From Aulosira sp. ZfuVER01 (GTDB lineage: Bacteria > Cyanobacteriota > Cyanobacteriia > Cyanobacteriales > Nostocaceae), in the NCBI GenBank assembly GCA_034530615.2, contig JAVRCV020000016.1, positions 1-64,000 on the forward strand: 64,000 nucleotides of DNA. Direction: 5' to 3'. Position 1 is the first letter of the stretch. Every line of letters begins with the position of its first letter. Below are positions 23,862 to 33,849 of this stretch, one piece after another. The position numbers were made by a program, and so were the translations under genes. The notes under the pieces are model-generated. The model searched no databases. It had not been told where the DNA came from and was given only the letters and a program-made list of their open reading frames with translations.

Positions 23862-25010
23862 CTAATCTTCTTTTTGTACTGCATCATCAATCGGACGTTC
23901 TGCATGAATATCTGAATTATCTGTTTCCCTAGGATCATCTAATCCAGGAGAGTGAGAAACTATCACCAACTCAGACTCTTTTTGATGGCTATGCCCCCAT
24001 TCATCTAAAACATCTTTAATTAAAACTTCTTGCAACCAAATCTTCGCAACCACAGTCAGTGGTAACGCCAAAAATAATCCTAAAAAACCAAAGAAAGTCA
24101 CGAAAAATAGTTGAGAAATTAACGTCACGGCTGGTAGTAAAGAAACTTGATGAGCCATGACGACTGGTGTAATAAAATTACTTTCCGCCTGCTGAATGAA
24201 AAAGTAGAGAATCAACACAGCAACAGCTTTCCAAGGAGCATCCAAAAGTGCGATCGCCATTGCTGGAACTACACTCATTGTCGGGCCTAGGTTGGGAATC
24301 AAGTTTAAAAATCCTGCTAAAACACCTAAAGCCAATGCCGCCTTTACGCCTAAAAGCGATAAGCCAATTACACTCATCAGTCCGACTACACCCATAGCGA
24401 TGAGCGCGCCTATTACCCATCCTCCTAATGAAGTTTCGCACTTATCTAAAATCCCATCTACTCGCCGCCGATAAAATGAGGGGAAAAGGCGGACAAATAC
24501 TTTACGGTAAGCTTGGGGATTGGCCAATAACATTCCTGTTAAAACCAGCACCAGTAAAATTTTGAGGACAGCTTCTAACGATCCAGAGACAAAGGCAAAA
24601 GAGTTTCCCACTACTCGATTGATGAATGGCTGTGCTTGTTTGATCAGACTGTCTAGATCTGGAATATAAGGTACTAGCTGATCGGGAACCTGTGTTTTTA
24701 AGACGTTAACCCAACTATTGAAGCGTTCAAAACCTTGGGGAACTCGATAGGTAAGTTCATGGAACTGCGCTGCAAAAGGCGGCACAATCAGCCAGAAAAA
24801 ACCTACAATCAAGGCAAAAAAGATACCAACCGAGAGAATGACGGCGAAACCACGTCTGATTCCCCAGCGTTGGAACCATCGCGCTAGGCGATTTAAGGTT
24901 GAAGCTAATACAATTGCGGCAAACATTAGCAACAATACTTCTTTTATTTGCCACAAAATGTATAAAGAAAGAACTATGGCGATTAAGCCGATCCATTGAC
25001 CTAGGTTCAC
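23862..25010 (-). CDS. AI-2E family transporter
   Basis: LNLIPNLGP, QQAESNFITP, GFLGLFLALP; GTG start inferred. Confidence 0.9.
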   Translation of the reverse strand: MNLGQWIGLIAIVLSLYILWQIKEVLLLMFAAIVLASTLNRLARWFQRWGIRRGFAVILSVGIFFALIVGFFWLIVPPFAAQFHELTYRVPQGFERFNSWVNVLKTQVPDQLVPYIPDLDSLIKQAQPFINRVVGNSFAFVSGSLEAVLKILLVLVLTGMLLANPQAYRKVFVRLFPSFYRRRVDGILDKCETSLGGWVIGALIAMGVVGLMSVIGLSLLGVKAALALGVLAGFLNLIPNLGPTMSVVPAMAIALLDAPWKAVAVLILYFFIQQAESNFITPVVMAHQVSLLPAVTLISQLFFVTFFGFLGLFLALPLTVVAKIWLQEVLIKDVLDEWGHSHQKESELVIVSHSPGLDDPRETDNSDIHAERPIDDAVQKED

Positions 25011-25102
25011 AGGCTGACTCCCAGCAGTTGGCAAGCTACATTATGCTTGATAATGCAGCTAGGTTAGCTGATTGTAGCAACTTCCGCCTATGGGATTATC
25101 AG

Positions 25103-25294
25103 CTAATTTTGCTTTTGTGCTTGCAATCGCCAAAAGAGCGCGATCGCCATAATGATAGCTGGCGATAGCACCATAGCTAGGGCAACTCCATCTGTCCCCG
25201 GAATCATCAGACTCGGTGCTGCGTACTTAATCAAGAGCGACAGCGTAATCGAGAGTAGAAAGACTTTCACAATCAATCCCAGCTTATTTTCCAT
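25103..25294 (-). CDS. Small two-TM hypothetical protein
   Basis: MENKLGLIVKVFLLS...; two hydrophobic helices. Confidence 0.65.
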   Translation of the reverse strand: MENKLGLIVKVFLLSITLSLLIKYAAPSLMIPGTDGVALAMVLSPAIIMAIALFWRLQAQKQN

Positions 25295-25652
25295 AAAAGT
25301 TCGGCAATACGCATTGTTCTGTGGGGTATACACGAATTTGGTCTACGCCATCTAGTTTCTAGAATAGACCTAACAGATACAAAACTTTGCAATTCACGTT
25401 CCGCACTTGCAACTGTCACTCAGCAATTCCTTAAGCGCATTGGTATGTAACAGTTTTAGGTATGTCTGGTTGAGTTGCTGCATCTCAAGTACGTTCAAGC
25501 GATCAGTGCTGGGGTGTTTGATGGCATGGCATTGCTTTATGTAGTTTATTTGCTTTGCTACTAAGTTGAAAAAGTAGTCATTAATCATTTGCTAAAAACC
25601 AGCGACAAATGACTAATGACTAATGAAAAAATTAAATTGAGGGTACATCAAA

Positions 25653-27590
25653 ATGCCTGTTGAAACTAATAACAAAAATCAAATGAAACCTTCTAGGTGG
25701 CGGCAGTTTGGTGGCAGCTTTTTGATATTACTAACTTTCTTATTGCTGCTTAACTTAATTGTGCCTAGTTTTTTTGGGACACGATTACCGCAAGTTCCTT
25801 ATAGTGATTTTATTGTTCAGGTACAAGCGGGTAAAGTCGAACGAGCGATGGTAGGAGGCGATCGCATTGAGTATGTTGTCAAAACTCAAACCCCCGATGG
25901 CAAACCTGCTGAACAAGTATTAACTACTACACCAGTGGCTTTGGATCTCGATTTACCCAAGATTCTCCGCGAGAATAATGTTGAGTTTGCTGCACCAGCA
26001 CCAAATCAAAATGGCTGGCTAGGCACTCTAGTTAGTTGGGTGGCTCCACCATTAATTTTCTTTGGAATTTGGGGCTTTTTAATGAATCGCCAAGGAGGCG
26101 GCCCAGCAGCGTTGACGGTAGGTAAAAGCAAGGCGCGGATCTCTTCTGATGGCAGCACGGGTGTAAAATTTACTGATGTGGCTGGTGTCGATGAAGCCAA
26201 AGTTGAATTAGAAGAAATTGTTGATTTCTTGAAAAATGCTGACAAATACACCCGCTTAGGAGCGAAAATTCCTAAAGGTGCATTGTTGGTAGGGCCTCCC
26301 GGAACAGGTAAGACATTGTTAGCCAGAGCGATCGCAGGTGAAGCTGGAGTTCCTTTCTTCAGTATTTCTGGTTCTGAATTTATCGAACTGTTCGTTGGTG
26401 TCGGTGCTGCACGTGTCCGTGATTTATTTGAACAAGCTAAAAAACAAGCTCCCTGTATCGTCTTTATCGATGAGTTAGATGCACTGGGTAAATCTCGCGG
26501 TGGTGCTGGTGGATTTGTGGGTGGTAATGATGAACGAGAACAAACCCTCAACCAGTTACTCACCGAAATGGATGGCTTTGATGCCAATACAGGCGTAATT
26601 ATTATCGCCGCCACTAACCGTCCCGAAGTCCTAGACCCTGCTTTGCGTCGTCCCGGACGCTTTGACCGTCAAATTGTGGTCGATCGCCCTGATAAAATCG
26701 GTCGGGAAGCTATTCTCAAAGTTCATGCGAGAAACGTCAAATTAGCTGATGATGTAAATTTAGCTACCATTGCTATTCGCACACCTGGGTTTGCTGGAGC
26801 AGATTTAGCCAACCTGGTGAACGAAGCCGCACTGCTAGCAGCTCGGCAAAATCGGCAAGCAGTCATCATGGCAGATTTCAACGAAGCAATTGAGCGCTTG
26901 GTGGCTGGCTTAGAAAAACGCTCTCGCGTGTTAAATGAAACTGAGAAGAAGACCGTAGCTTATCACGAAGTTGGTCACGCCATCATAGGTGCTCTAATGC
27001 CTGGTGCTGGTAAAGTTGAAAAAATCTCCGTTGTGCCTCGTGGTGTCGGTGCATTGGGTTATACCATCCAAATGCCAGAAGAAGACCGCTTTTTGATGGT
27101 GGAAGACGAAATTCGCGGACGGATTGCAACTTTATTGGGTGGACGTTCGGCGGAAGAAGTTGTCTTTGGTAAGGTATCTACTGGTGCATCTGACGATATC
27201 CAAAAAGCTACAGATTTGGCAGAACGTGCGATCACCATCTATGGCATGAGCGATAAACTAGGGCCAGTAGCATTTGAGAAGATTCAACAGCAATTTATCG
27301 AAGGCTATGGTAATCCCCGCCGTTCTATTAGTCCTCAAGTTGCAGAGGAAATTGACCGCGAGGTGAAGCAAACCCTAGATAATGCTCACCACATTGCTTT
27401 GAGTATTCTGCAACATAACCGGGCATTGTTGGAAGAGACGGCTCAACAACTGTTGCAGGATGAAATTTTAGAAGGTGTATCATTGCGGGAACGTCTCCAG
27501 CAAGCCGCAGCACCAGAGGAATTAAGTGAATGGTTGCGGACGGGTAAGTTGTCGGAAGATAGACCTTTGTTGCAGACACTGTTGGTGTAA
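25653..27590 (+). CDS. ftsH: ATP-dependent zinc metalloprotease FtsH (FtsH4-type)
   Basis: Two TMs, [22 protein letters not shown] zinc motif. Confidence 0.96.
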   Translation: MPVETNNKNQMKPSRWRQFGGSFLILLTFLLLLNLIVPSFFGTRLPQVPYSDFIVQVQAGKVERAMVGGDRIEYVVKTQTPDGKPAEQVLTTTPVALDLDLPKILRENNVEFAAPAPNQNGWLGTLVSWVAPPLIFFGIWGFLMNRQGGGPAALTVGKSKARISSDGSTGVKFTDVAGVDEAKVELEEIVDFLKNADKYTRLGAKIPKGALLVGPPGTGKTLLARAIAGEAGVPFFSISGSEFIELFVGVGAARVRDLFEQAKKQAPCIVFIDELDALGKSRGGAGGFVGGNDEREQTLNQLLTEMDGFDANTGVIIIAATNRPEVLDPALRRPGRFDRQIVVDRPDKIGREAILKVHARNVKLADDVNLATIAIRTPGFAGADLANLVNEAALLAARQNRQAVIMADFNEAIERLVAGLEKRSRVLNETEKKTVAYHEVGHAIIGALMPGAGKVEKISVVPRGVGALGYTIQMPEEDRFLMVEDEIRGRIATLLGGRSAEEVVFGKVSTGASDDIQKATDLAERAITIYGMSDKLGPVAFEKIQQQFIEGYGNPRRSISPQVAEEIDREVKQTLDNAHHIALSILQHNRALLEETAQQLLQDEILEGVSLRERLQQAAAPEELSEWLRTGKLSEDRPLLQTLLV

Positions 27591-27607
27591 AGATTTGAGA
27601 TTGAATT

Positions 27608-27646
27608 AAAAAAGCGATCGCTGTTTGAGAAGGCGATCGCTTTTTT
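27608..27646 (+). terminator. Rho-independent terminator whose stem is built from two HIP1 sites
   Basis: aaaaaagcgatcgc ... gcgatcgctttttt. Confidence 0.8.
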
Positions 27647-27871
27647 GTAGGTGTAAGAAACAGTAAGCGATTAGACTTCCATAAAATTCATTCACGCCAT
27701 GATGTGTTACAGAAAACTACACATACATTGTAGTTATCCACAAGTAATATATATTTTTTTGACCACTGGTTATGGCAACCTCAAGAAATTATGCCGCTTG
27801 AAACGTATAAAACTGCACTCAGGCAGATTGGAGAAAATTTTTATAAAATAAATTAACAGTCAAATATAAAC

Positions 27872-28231
27872 TTGGTAAAGAAAATGAAACTCTCTTTTAA
27901 AGATATTCAATTTATTATTGAAGCAATTGACAACTTAATCAAACTATATGAATCACAGCTAAATGATGAAAACATAGATAAAGATGATTTATCGGATATT
28001 GGTAATGATTGTATGTTTTTAGAGACACTTCGTGTAGATTTAGAAAATCATCTACAGCAATTGTTAGCACAAAATCAAAATCATCAAAATACTGTACAAG
28101 CAGATTTAATCAATGTACCTACACAGGATTTAAAGCAATCTGTTGTGCAATTACCAATTAGTCAACGTTTGGTTTTAGTAGATGCGATTACTGAATCAAT
28201 TAGACAAGAATTGTCCTTGAGTCCAAGGTAA
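27872..28231 (+). CDS. Hypothetical protein
   Basis: 119-aa ORF; C-terminus LPISQRLVLVDAITESI resembles small helical addiction-module-like segments. Confidence 0.6.
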   Translation: MVKKMKLSFKDIQFIIEAIDNLIKLYESQLNDENIDKDDLSDIGNDCMFLETLRVDLENHLQQLLAQNQNHQNTVQADLINVPTQDLKQSVVQLPISQRLVLVDAITESIRQELSLSPR

Positions 28232-28278
28232 GGCGATCGCAACTCGATACAATAACAGTAATCTAGAACAGTTGGTAT

Positions 28279-28839
28279 ATGACGATAGCAGCACCTCTGA
28301 CTCTGAGCGAATTTCTCAAACTTCCAGAAACCAAGCCAGCTAGTGAATTTATTCATGGTCGCATTTACCAAAAACCTATACCTCAAGGTAAACACTCGCG
28401 TCTGCAATTCAAATTTTGTGATGCTGTTAATCAAGTTGCAGAAACGCCACAAATTGCTTTAGCTTTTCCAGAATTGCGCTGTACATTTGGTGGACGTTCG
28501 ATTATTCCCGATGCTAGCGTGTTTCTTTAGGAGAGAATTCCCTTTGAAGCAGATGGTGAAGTACCCAATACATTTGAAATTTATCCTGATTGGACGGTGG
28601 AAATTCTTTCACCTGAGCAAAAAGCGACTAAAGTTATTAGCAATATTTTGCACTGCCTAAAATATGGTACTCAACTAGGATGGTTAATTGACCCAGATGA
28701 GCGATTAATTTTGGCATTTATTCCCGCGCAGGAACCTTTAGAGTTAACTGGTAATGAATCTCTACCCATACCTAAATTTTTAACAATTGATTTGACCGTT
28801 GAACAAGTTTTTGGTTGGCTGAAAGTTAGCCGGAATTAG
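28279..28839 (+). pseudogene. Uma2 family pseudogene with an internal nonsense codon
   Basis: Two in-frame ORFs separated by TAG at 28528-28530 (VFL*ERIP, probably TGG>TAG); PDWTVEILSP downstream. Confidence 0.85.
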
Positions 28840-28893
28840 TTAATCCTCCAGTCACTATTTTCTTCGTCTCTGCGTTTCTGCATGAAGCATTCC

Positions 28894-29733
28894 TCAGAGA
28901 ATATTCTGATTTTTCGTTTTCACTCGCTGATATAACTCCTCCATCGTTTCAATAAAAGAGTTATCCTTCCGCCAAAAAGCTGGAAAATCTCCCTGCTTTT
29001 TCACAAGAATTGCCGATACCCCACTTTGATTAGCTACTTCAATTGTTTGTGGTAATCGCTTTGTACCTAACCAAAATTCCCTAACGCTTGGTTTCTGTGC
29101 AATAGATTGCTTTTCTAATTTTGTATACAACGATGTAGATAATTCTAAAGGAATTTCTTTCGTATTCAGTTCTTCCGATAGCGCTTTACCCAAATTTGAC
29201 TCAGCCAGCTTTGCTTGCAGTTCTGTTTTAGTTAATCCCCTTAGTTCAAACAATAAAAATGGATTCTCATCTAACTGCGACGCTACTAAATAATAAACTC
29301 CAGCAATATGCTTACAAGGATTGGCATAATCGGGACAGGAACATCTAGTTTTAAAATCCTTGCTGCTTTGAGGTAATAAATGTAGTCCTAAGTCAGCAAA
29401 CGTATCTTCTATATTTTCTGGTACTTCGTTAAGTAGTAACCGTGAAACAATACTCGCTTTTGAGGAAAGCTTTTGAATCACTTCGCTCCAGCGAGTTTTG
29501 GCAATGGGTGTAATTTCAATTGAAATACTATAAAGTGGAACCGTATAAACACCAAAGTAGGGATTAATTGAACCTTGAACTTGAGCAGTAATTTCATTTT
29601 TATCAACTTCAAAATTTAAAACTTTCCCACCACGAGCATAAGAACGCCCACGTTTGAGTCGGTTATCATCGGTAAATTGTTCTAATGCTTGAATAAAGCG
29701 ATCGCCCCACCAAGTTCGGCTAAATTTAGTCAT
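28894..29733 (-). CDS. SWIM zinc finger protein
   Basis: CSCPDYANPCKH; RLKRGRSYAR. Confidence 0.92.
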   Translation of the reverse strand: MTKFSRTWWGDRFIQALEQFTDDNRLKRGRSYARGGKVLNFEVDKNEITAQVQGSINPYFGVYTVPLYSISIEITPIAKTRWSEVIQKLSSKASIVSRLLLNEVPENIEDTFADLGLHLLPQSSKDFKTRCSCPDYANPCKHIAGVYYLVASQLDENPFLLFELRGLTKTELQAKLAESNLGKALSEELNTKEIPLELSTSLYTKLEKQSIAQKPSVREFWLGTKRLPQTIEVANQSGVSAILVKKQGDFPAFWRKDNSFIETMEELYQRVKTKNQNIL

Positions 29734-29738
29734 AATAT

Positions 29739-32700
29739 TTACTCCAAAATTGCGCTTTTATTTAAGGCGATGAGTTGTTTAAAGGCTTCGTTATCTAATT
29801 CTGTAAGCCAAGATTCATCACTCCCCACAACAGCAGCCGAGAGTTTTTTCTTATCTTCAATCATTTGGTCAATTTTTTCTTCTAGTGTGCCAATCGCCAC
29901 AAATTTATGTACAAAGACGTTCTTTTTTTGACCAATCCGAAAAGCGCGATCTGTTGCTTGATTCTCAACTGCTGGGTTCCACCATCTATCAAAATGAAAT
30001 ACATGGTTTGCTTTCGTGAGGGTAATCCCGACACCGCCTGCTTTGAGTGAAAGGATAAATACAGATGGTTCTGTATCGGAGTCTTGAAATTCCGTAATCA
30101 TCTGTTCCCGACGTTTGCGGTTTGTACCACCATGTAGATAGTAAGTATTGCAGTGTAGGTTGTGCTTGAGATGTTTTTCGATATTTTCGCAAACTTCGGT
30201 AAACTGGCTGAATATGAGTAAACTTTCGCCTTCGGAAATGGCTTCTTCTACCATTTCAGCTAATCGGCTAAGTTTGTGCGATCGCTCAGGAGAAAATTCG
30301 CTATTATCTTGTAAAAACTGAGCAGGATGGTTACAAATTTGCTTCAATTTCATCAAGGTAGAAAGAATTAAACCCTTACGTTGAATCCCTTCAGCCTTTT
30401 GCAATTGTTCCTCAACATCTTTCACCACGACTTCGTAAAGTGATGCTTGTTCTTTAGTCAGGTTGGTGTAGAGTATTTGCTCAACTTTGTCAGGTAAATC
30501 ATTAATGATAGATTGATCGGTTTTCACCCGACGTAAAATTAAAGGTTCGACTAATTTCTTTAGGGTAACTGATTTGACGCGATCGTTATCTTTCTGAATC
30601 GGAACCTCAAAGGATTTGCGAAACTGTGCTTCTTTACCCAAATAACCAGGATTGAGAAAATTAAAAATTGACCATAAATCCAGCAGGCGGTTTTCAACAG
30701 GAGTTCCCGTTAAAGCTAGTCGGTGTTTGGCGGAGAGTTTGAGAATGGCTTTGGTTTGCGCTGCTTTGGGATTTTTGATATTTTGCGCCTCATCTAAGAC
30801 AAGACGTTGCCATTCAACGCTGTTGAGTAGCTTCTCATCTTTGCGAGCTAGGGTAAAGGAAGTAATGACAACATCGTGCTGGAGACAAGCGGCTTTGAAG
30901 TCTGCGGAGTTTTGCGTGCGATCGCTCCCATGATGCACCATACTTTTTAAATGAGGCGCAAACTTGGCAATTTCCTTTTGCCAATTCCCCACAACAGAAG
31001 TAGGCGCAATTAATAACGTAGGTAACAGAGATGCAGAGAGACATATCCCCGCGTCCCCGCGTCCTGATGTCTCCGCGTCACCCCTCCTCCCCCTCACCGC
31101 GTCTTCATAAGCCTCCCTCTCCTGAACCAACCTAGCTATCACCTGCACAGACTTACCTAAACCCATATCGTCTGCAAGACAGCCATTTAATCCCAATTTC
31201 TCTAAATATTGCAGCCAAGAAACCCCACGCTTTTGGTACTCGCGTAAATTACCTTGCAGATTTAATTGTTCGGAAATTGGTTCTAGCTGGGTTTTATCTT
31301 GCAGCTTCGCCATCATTTCCGATAAAACTTCATCGTGTTCAATTTCCCACTCGTCCCCAGCTTCCGCACTGCGTTGCAGAAATTCCAGCAAATTCATCTC
31401 TGGCTGTTCATCGCCGTGAGATTGCCAAAATTCCAACAATTGCTGCATTTTATTACGGTCTAATTCCATCCATTGACCGCGAAAATGCACTAAAGGAGCC
31501 TTAGCATTAATTAATTGTTCCCATTCTTGAGGTGTGACAACTTGCTCACCAATTGCCAACTCATATTCATACTGTACCAGCGAATTTAAACCAAAATAGC
31601 TTTTGCTTTCACCCTTTGTGGGCGCTAATTTTTTACCTGATGCTTTCAGGCGAATTTTGGCACGACGGCGACCTGCGGGAGTGTACCAAGCAGGTACAAT
31701 GACTTTAAAACCTGCGTCTTCCAGCACCCAAGCACTGTCTTGGAGAAAGCCAAACGCCTCTTCTAAAGTTAGTTGCATTCCCGTAGGCTGATCCGTTTCC
31801 AACCCCTGCCATAATTTGGGATACATCCGCGCTGCATAACCTAAATTCAGTAGCAAATGAGTTTCAAAGTCCTTACCAAATTGTTTATGTACTCCCGCTT
31901 TAGCTGTTTTATTCATACTCCAATAATCTGACAAATCCAGCTTCAGCGAAGGGTCTTTTTTACTGGCTACTAAAAATTGCATTTGCCAATTATCTATTTC
32001 TTCAGCAGCAGGAGAATGCAATTGAAAACATAGATGAAAAATAGAATCAGCTTGAGTGCGGGTAATTTTAGTTTTCCATGCCAACCATTGCTGATATTCT
32101 TCTAAAGCAGTCTTTGTTATTAATGGGTTATGTCGATGGGGGTAAAAAGAATATTCAACGAGAGAATCTGCAATTTGTTTATCAAACGCGGCTGTTGAGG
32201 GTGTATGACTGACTATATTTGTGAGGATAGTCTCAGAAAAGTGACGTAATAATGTTTCTCTATCATAAAACTCAATGCTATCGCCAGATGTTGCCGCACC
32301 TGCCACACAAATCAGCGGCATATAATCAATATACTTTTTAATATTTTCTTCGTAGGCAACAGAGATAATTTCCCAAGTCGCGTAAATTTCAAATGGTTTT
32401 GCAGTTGATGACTTGCCTTTCTTCTTAGTTTTTTCTGCTTCTAACTCTCTATATTTCAGCGCTGGAATATATTGGTCTTTAAGGATTACTTGCTTAAAAG
32501 CTTGGGTGTAGTGATACCAAAACAACAAATCCGAACCGAGTTGAACTTCATCTGCGTTGTGCAATGCTAAAAAATGGATATCATTGAGAAGTTTGATAAC
32601 GTTATTTACTTTTTCCGTCTTGGCAGATATGACCGTTTCATAACAATCCACCTGCCAATATTGGAAACCCTCATATTCTTCCGGAACTTCCACTTCTAGA

Positions 32701-32984
32701 TACTTGATTAATTCTGGTGAAGGTAAGGGTTGATTATTGGCAGTTGGTAGTGCAAAGTATTTAGGTAATATGCGTTGACTTAATTGATTAGCTGTTTCTT
32801 TCAACCCTAAAGCTTGCGTTAAAAAAGCAATTAATTCAGCTTTTGCTAAATGTCCAGGATGAATATTTTGCTGATTAGCACGACTTTTTTTGACTATTGG
32901 GGTTTCTATCCACAAATAAAAAGACCCTGGCTGAATAAAGTCAGATGCCGCGTTTGGTATCCAGGTTCCATGAATAACTTTCAT
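29739..32984 (-). CDS. SNF2-family helicase/ATPase
   Basis: LADDMGLGKS, LDEAQ, TGTPVEN, QATDRAFRIGQ. Confidence 0.95.
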   Translation of the reverse strand: MKVIHGTWIPNAASDFIQPGSFYLWIETPIVKKSRANQQNIHPGHLAKAELIAFLTQALGLKETANQLSQRILPKYFALPTANNQPLPSPELIKYLEVEVPEEYEGFQYWQVDCYETVISAKTEKVNNVIKLLNDIHFLALHNADEVQLGSDLLFWYHYTQAFKQVILKDQYIPALKYRELEAEKTKKKGKSSTAKPFEIYATWEIISVAYEENIKKYIDYMPLICVAGAATSGDSIEFYDRETLLRHFSETILTNIVSHTPSTAAFDKQIADSLVEYSFYPHRHNPLITKTALEEYQQWLAWKTKITRTQADSIFHLCFQLHSPAAEEIDNWQMQFLVASKKDPSLKLDLSDYWSMNKTAKAGVHKQFGKDFETHLLLNLGYAARMYPKLWQGLETDQPTGMQLTLEEAFGFLQDSAWVLEDAGFKVIVPAWYTPAGRRRAKIRLKASGKKLAPTKGESKSYFGLNSLVQYEYELAIGEQVVTPQEWEQLINAKAPLVHFRGQWMELDRNKMQQLLEFWQSHGDEQPEMNLLEFLQRSAEAGDEWEIEHDEVLSEMMAKLQDKTQLEPISEQLNLQGNLREYQKRGVSWLQYLEKLGLNGCLADDMGLGKSVQVIARLVQEREAYEDAVRGRRGDAETSGRGDAGICLSASLLPTLLIAPTSVVGNWQKEIAKFAPHLKSMVHHGSDRTQNSADFKAACLQHDVVITSFTLARKDEKLLNSVEWQRLVLDEAQNIKNPKAAQTKAILKLSAKHRLALTGTPVENRLLDLWSIFNFLNPGYLGKEAQFRKSFEVPIQKDNDRVKSVTLKKLVEPLILRRVKTDQSIINDLPDKVEQILYTNLTKEQASLYEVVVKDVEEQLQKAEGIQRKGLILSTLMKLKQICNHPAQFLQDNSEFSPERSHKLSRLAEMVEEAISEGESLLIFSQFTEVCENIEKHLKHNLHCNTYYLHGGTNRKRREQMITEFQDSDTEPSVFILSLKAGGVGITLTKANHVFHFDRWWNPAVENQATDRAFRIGQKKNVFVHKFVAIGTLEEKIDQMIEDKKKLSAAVVGSDESWLTELDNEAFKQLIALNKSAILE

Positions 32985-33111
32985 AGTTGTGATGCTCTGG
33001 ATTGTCTAGTAATTCAAGCTGGTTAAAATTACTCTACCAAAGTACGGTGATACATTATAAGAATCCGATTTGATTATTGAAAAAATCTCCGTCGTTTTAG
33101 GGTGGGTATTG

Positions 33112-33352
33112 CATACGTGTCAACTTAATGCCAATTTCATGTGAAGTTGCATATATTTAGATCCCCCTAAATCCATGCCACTTGCTACAACGGGGGGAAC
33201 CCCCGCAACGCAGTGGCTCCCCTTCAAAAGGGGGACTTTGAGAGATTTATTCCGGTTTACCCTTTTTAAGGGGGAATTTGATTCTTTTCCCCCCTTTTTT
33301 AAGGGGGGCTAGGGGGGATCGAATTCTATGCAGCTTAATAAAGAATTGGTAT
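33112..33352. repeat. Nested MITE/small-repeat cluster: IS4-type TIR end at 33112-33129 interrupted by a second element
   Basis: catacgtgtcaacttaat; imperfect IRs atgccaatttcatgtgaagttgcata / tatgcagcttaataaagaattggtat; internal GC hairpins. Confidence 0.6.
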
Positions 33353-33598
33353 TAATGCCAAACCCATAGCCCGACTGGGAATGAATTAAGAGTCTAATTA
33401 GCAAAAGTCATCTCTAAATATCCCTCAAAATTTTGAGTCTACTTCAGTAGACTTGAACTATTAGCCTTGAAATTCATTCCCGTGATATGAAAGCCAGCAA
33501 ATAACCCTGATTTCTCACGAGATTTTTTTCTCCTTGTCTACAGCCGTAGGGACGGGTTAAGCCAGATAGTCGTAAATTACGAGAGCACATCTGTGAAC

Positions 33599-33793
33599 CA
33601 GTGGTGTCAACTTAACGTGAAACCCTCTTGGTTGCAAGGTTTCGCCCTCTCCCCCAGCCCCTCTCCCGCAGGGAGAAGGGAGCAAGAGATTTAGTTCTCC
33701 TTCTCCTGGGGGAGAAGGGGTTAGGGGATGAGGGCGCGAGGTATTTGTACAACGCCCGCCCTATATAGCTTTTAGCTTAAGTTGACACATATG
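33599..33793. mobile_element. 195-bp MITE with IS4-type 18-bp TIRs (Nezha-like)
   Basis: TIRs cagtggtgtcaacttaac / cttaagttgacacatatg; 10-bp flanking direct repeat atctgtgaac / atttgtgaac. Confidence 0.85.
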
Positions 33794-33849
33794 ATTTGTG
33801 AACCCGCCCCTACTTTTTGTGAGAAATGCGGGATAGAGGGATCTAAACA

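Noticed and set aside
25394..25588. 64-aa ORF upstream of ftsH
   Set aside because: No motif support; lies in the probable ftsH promoter region
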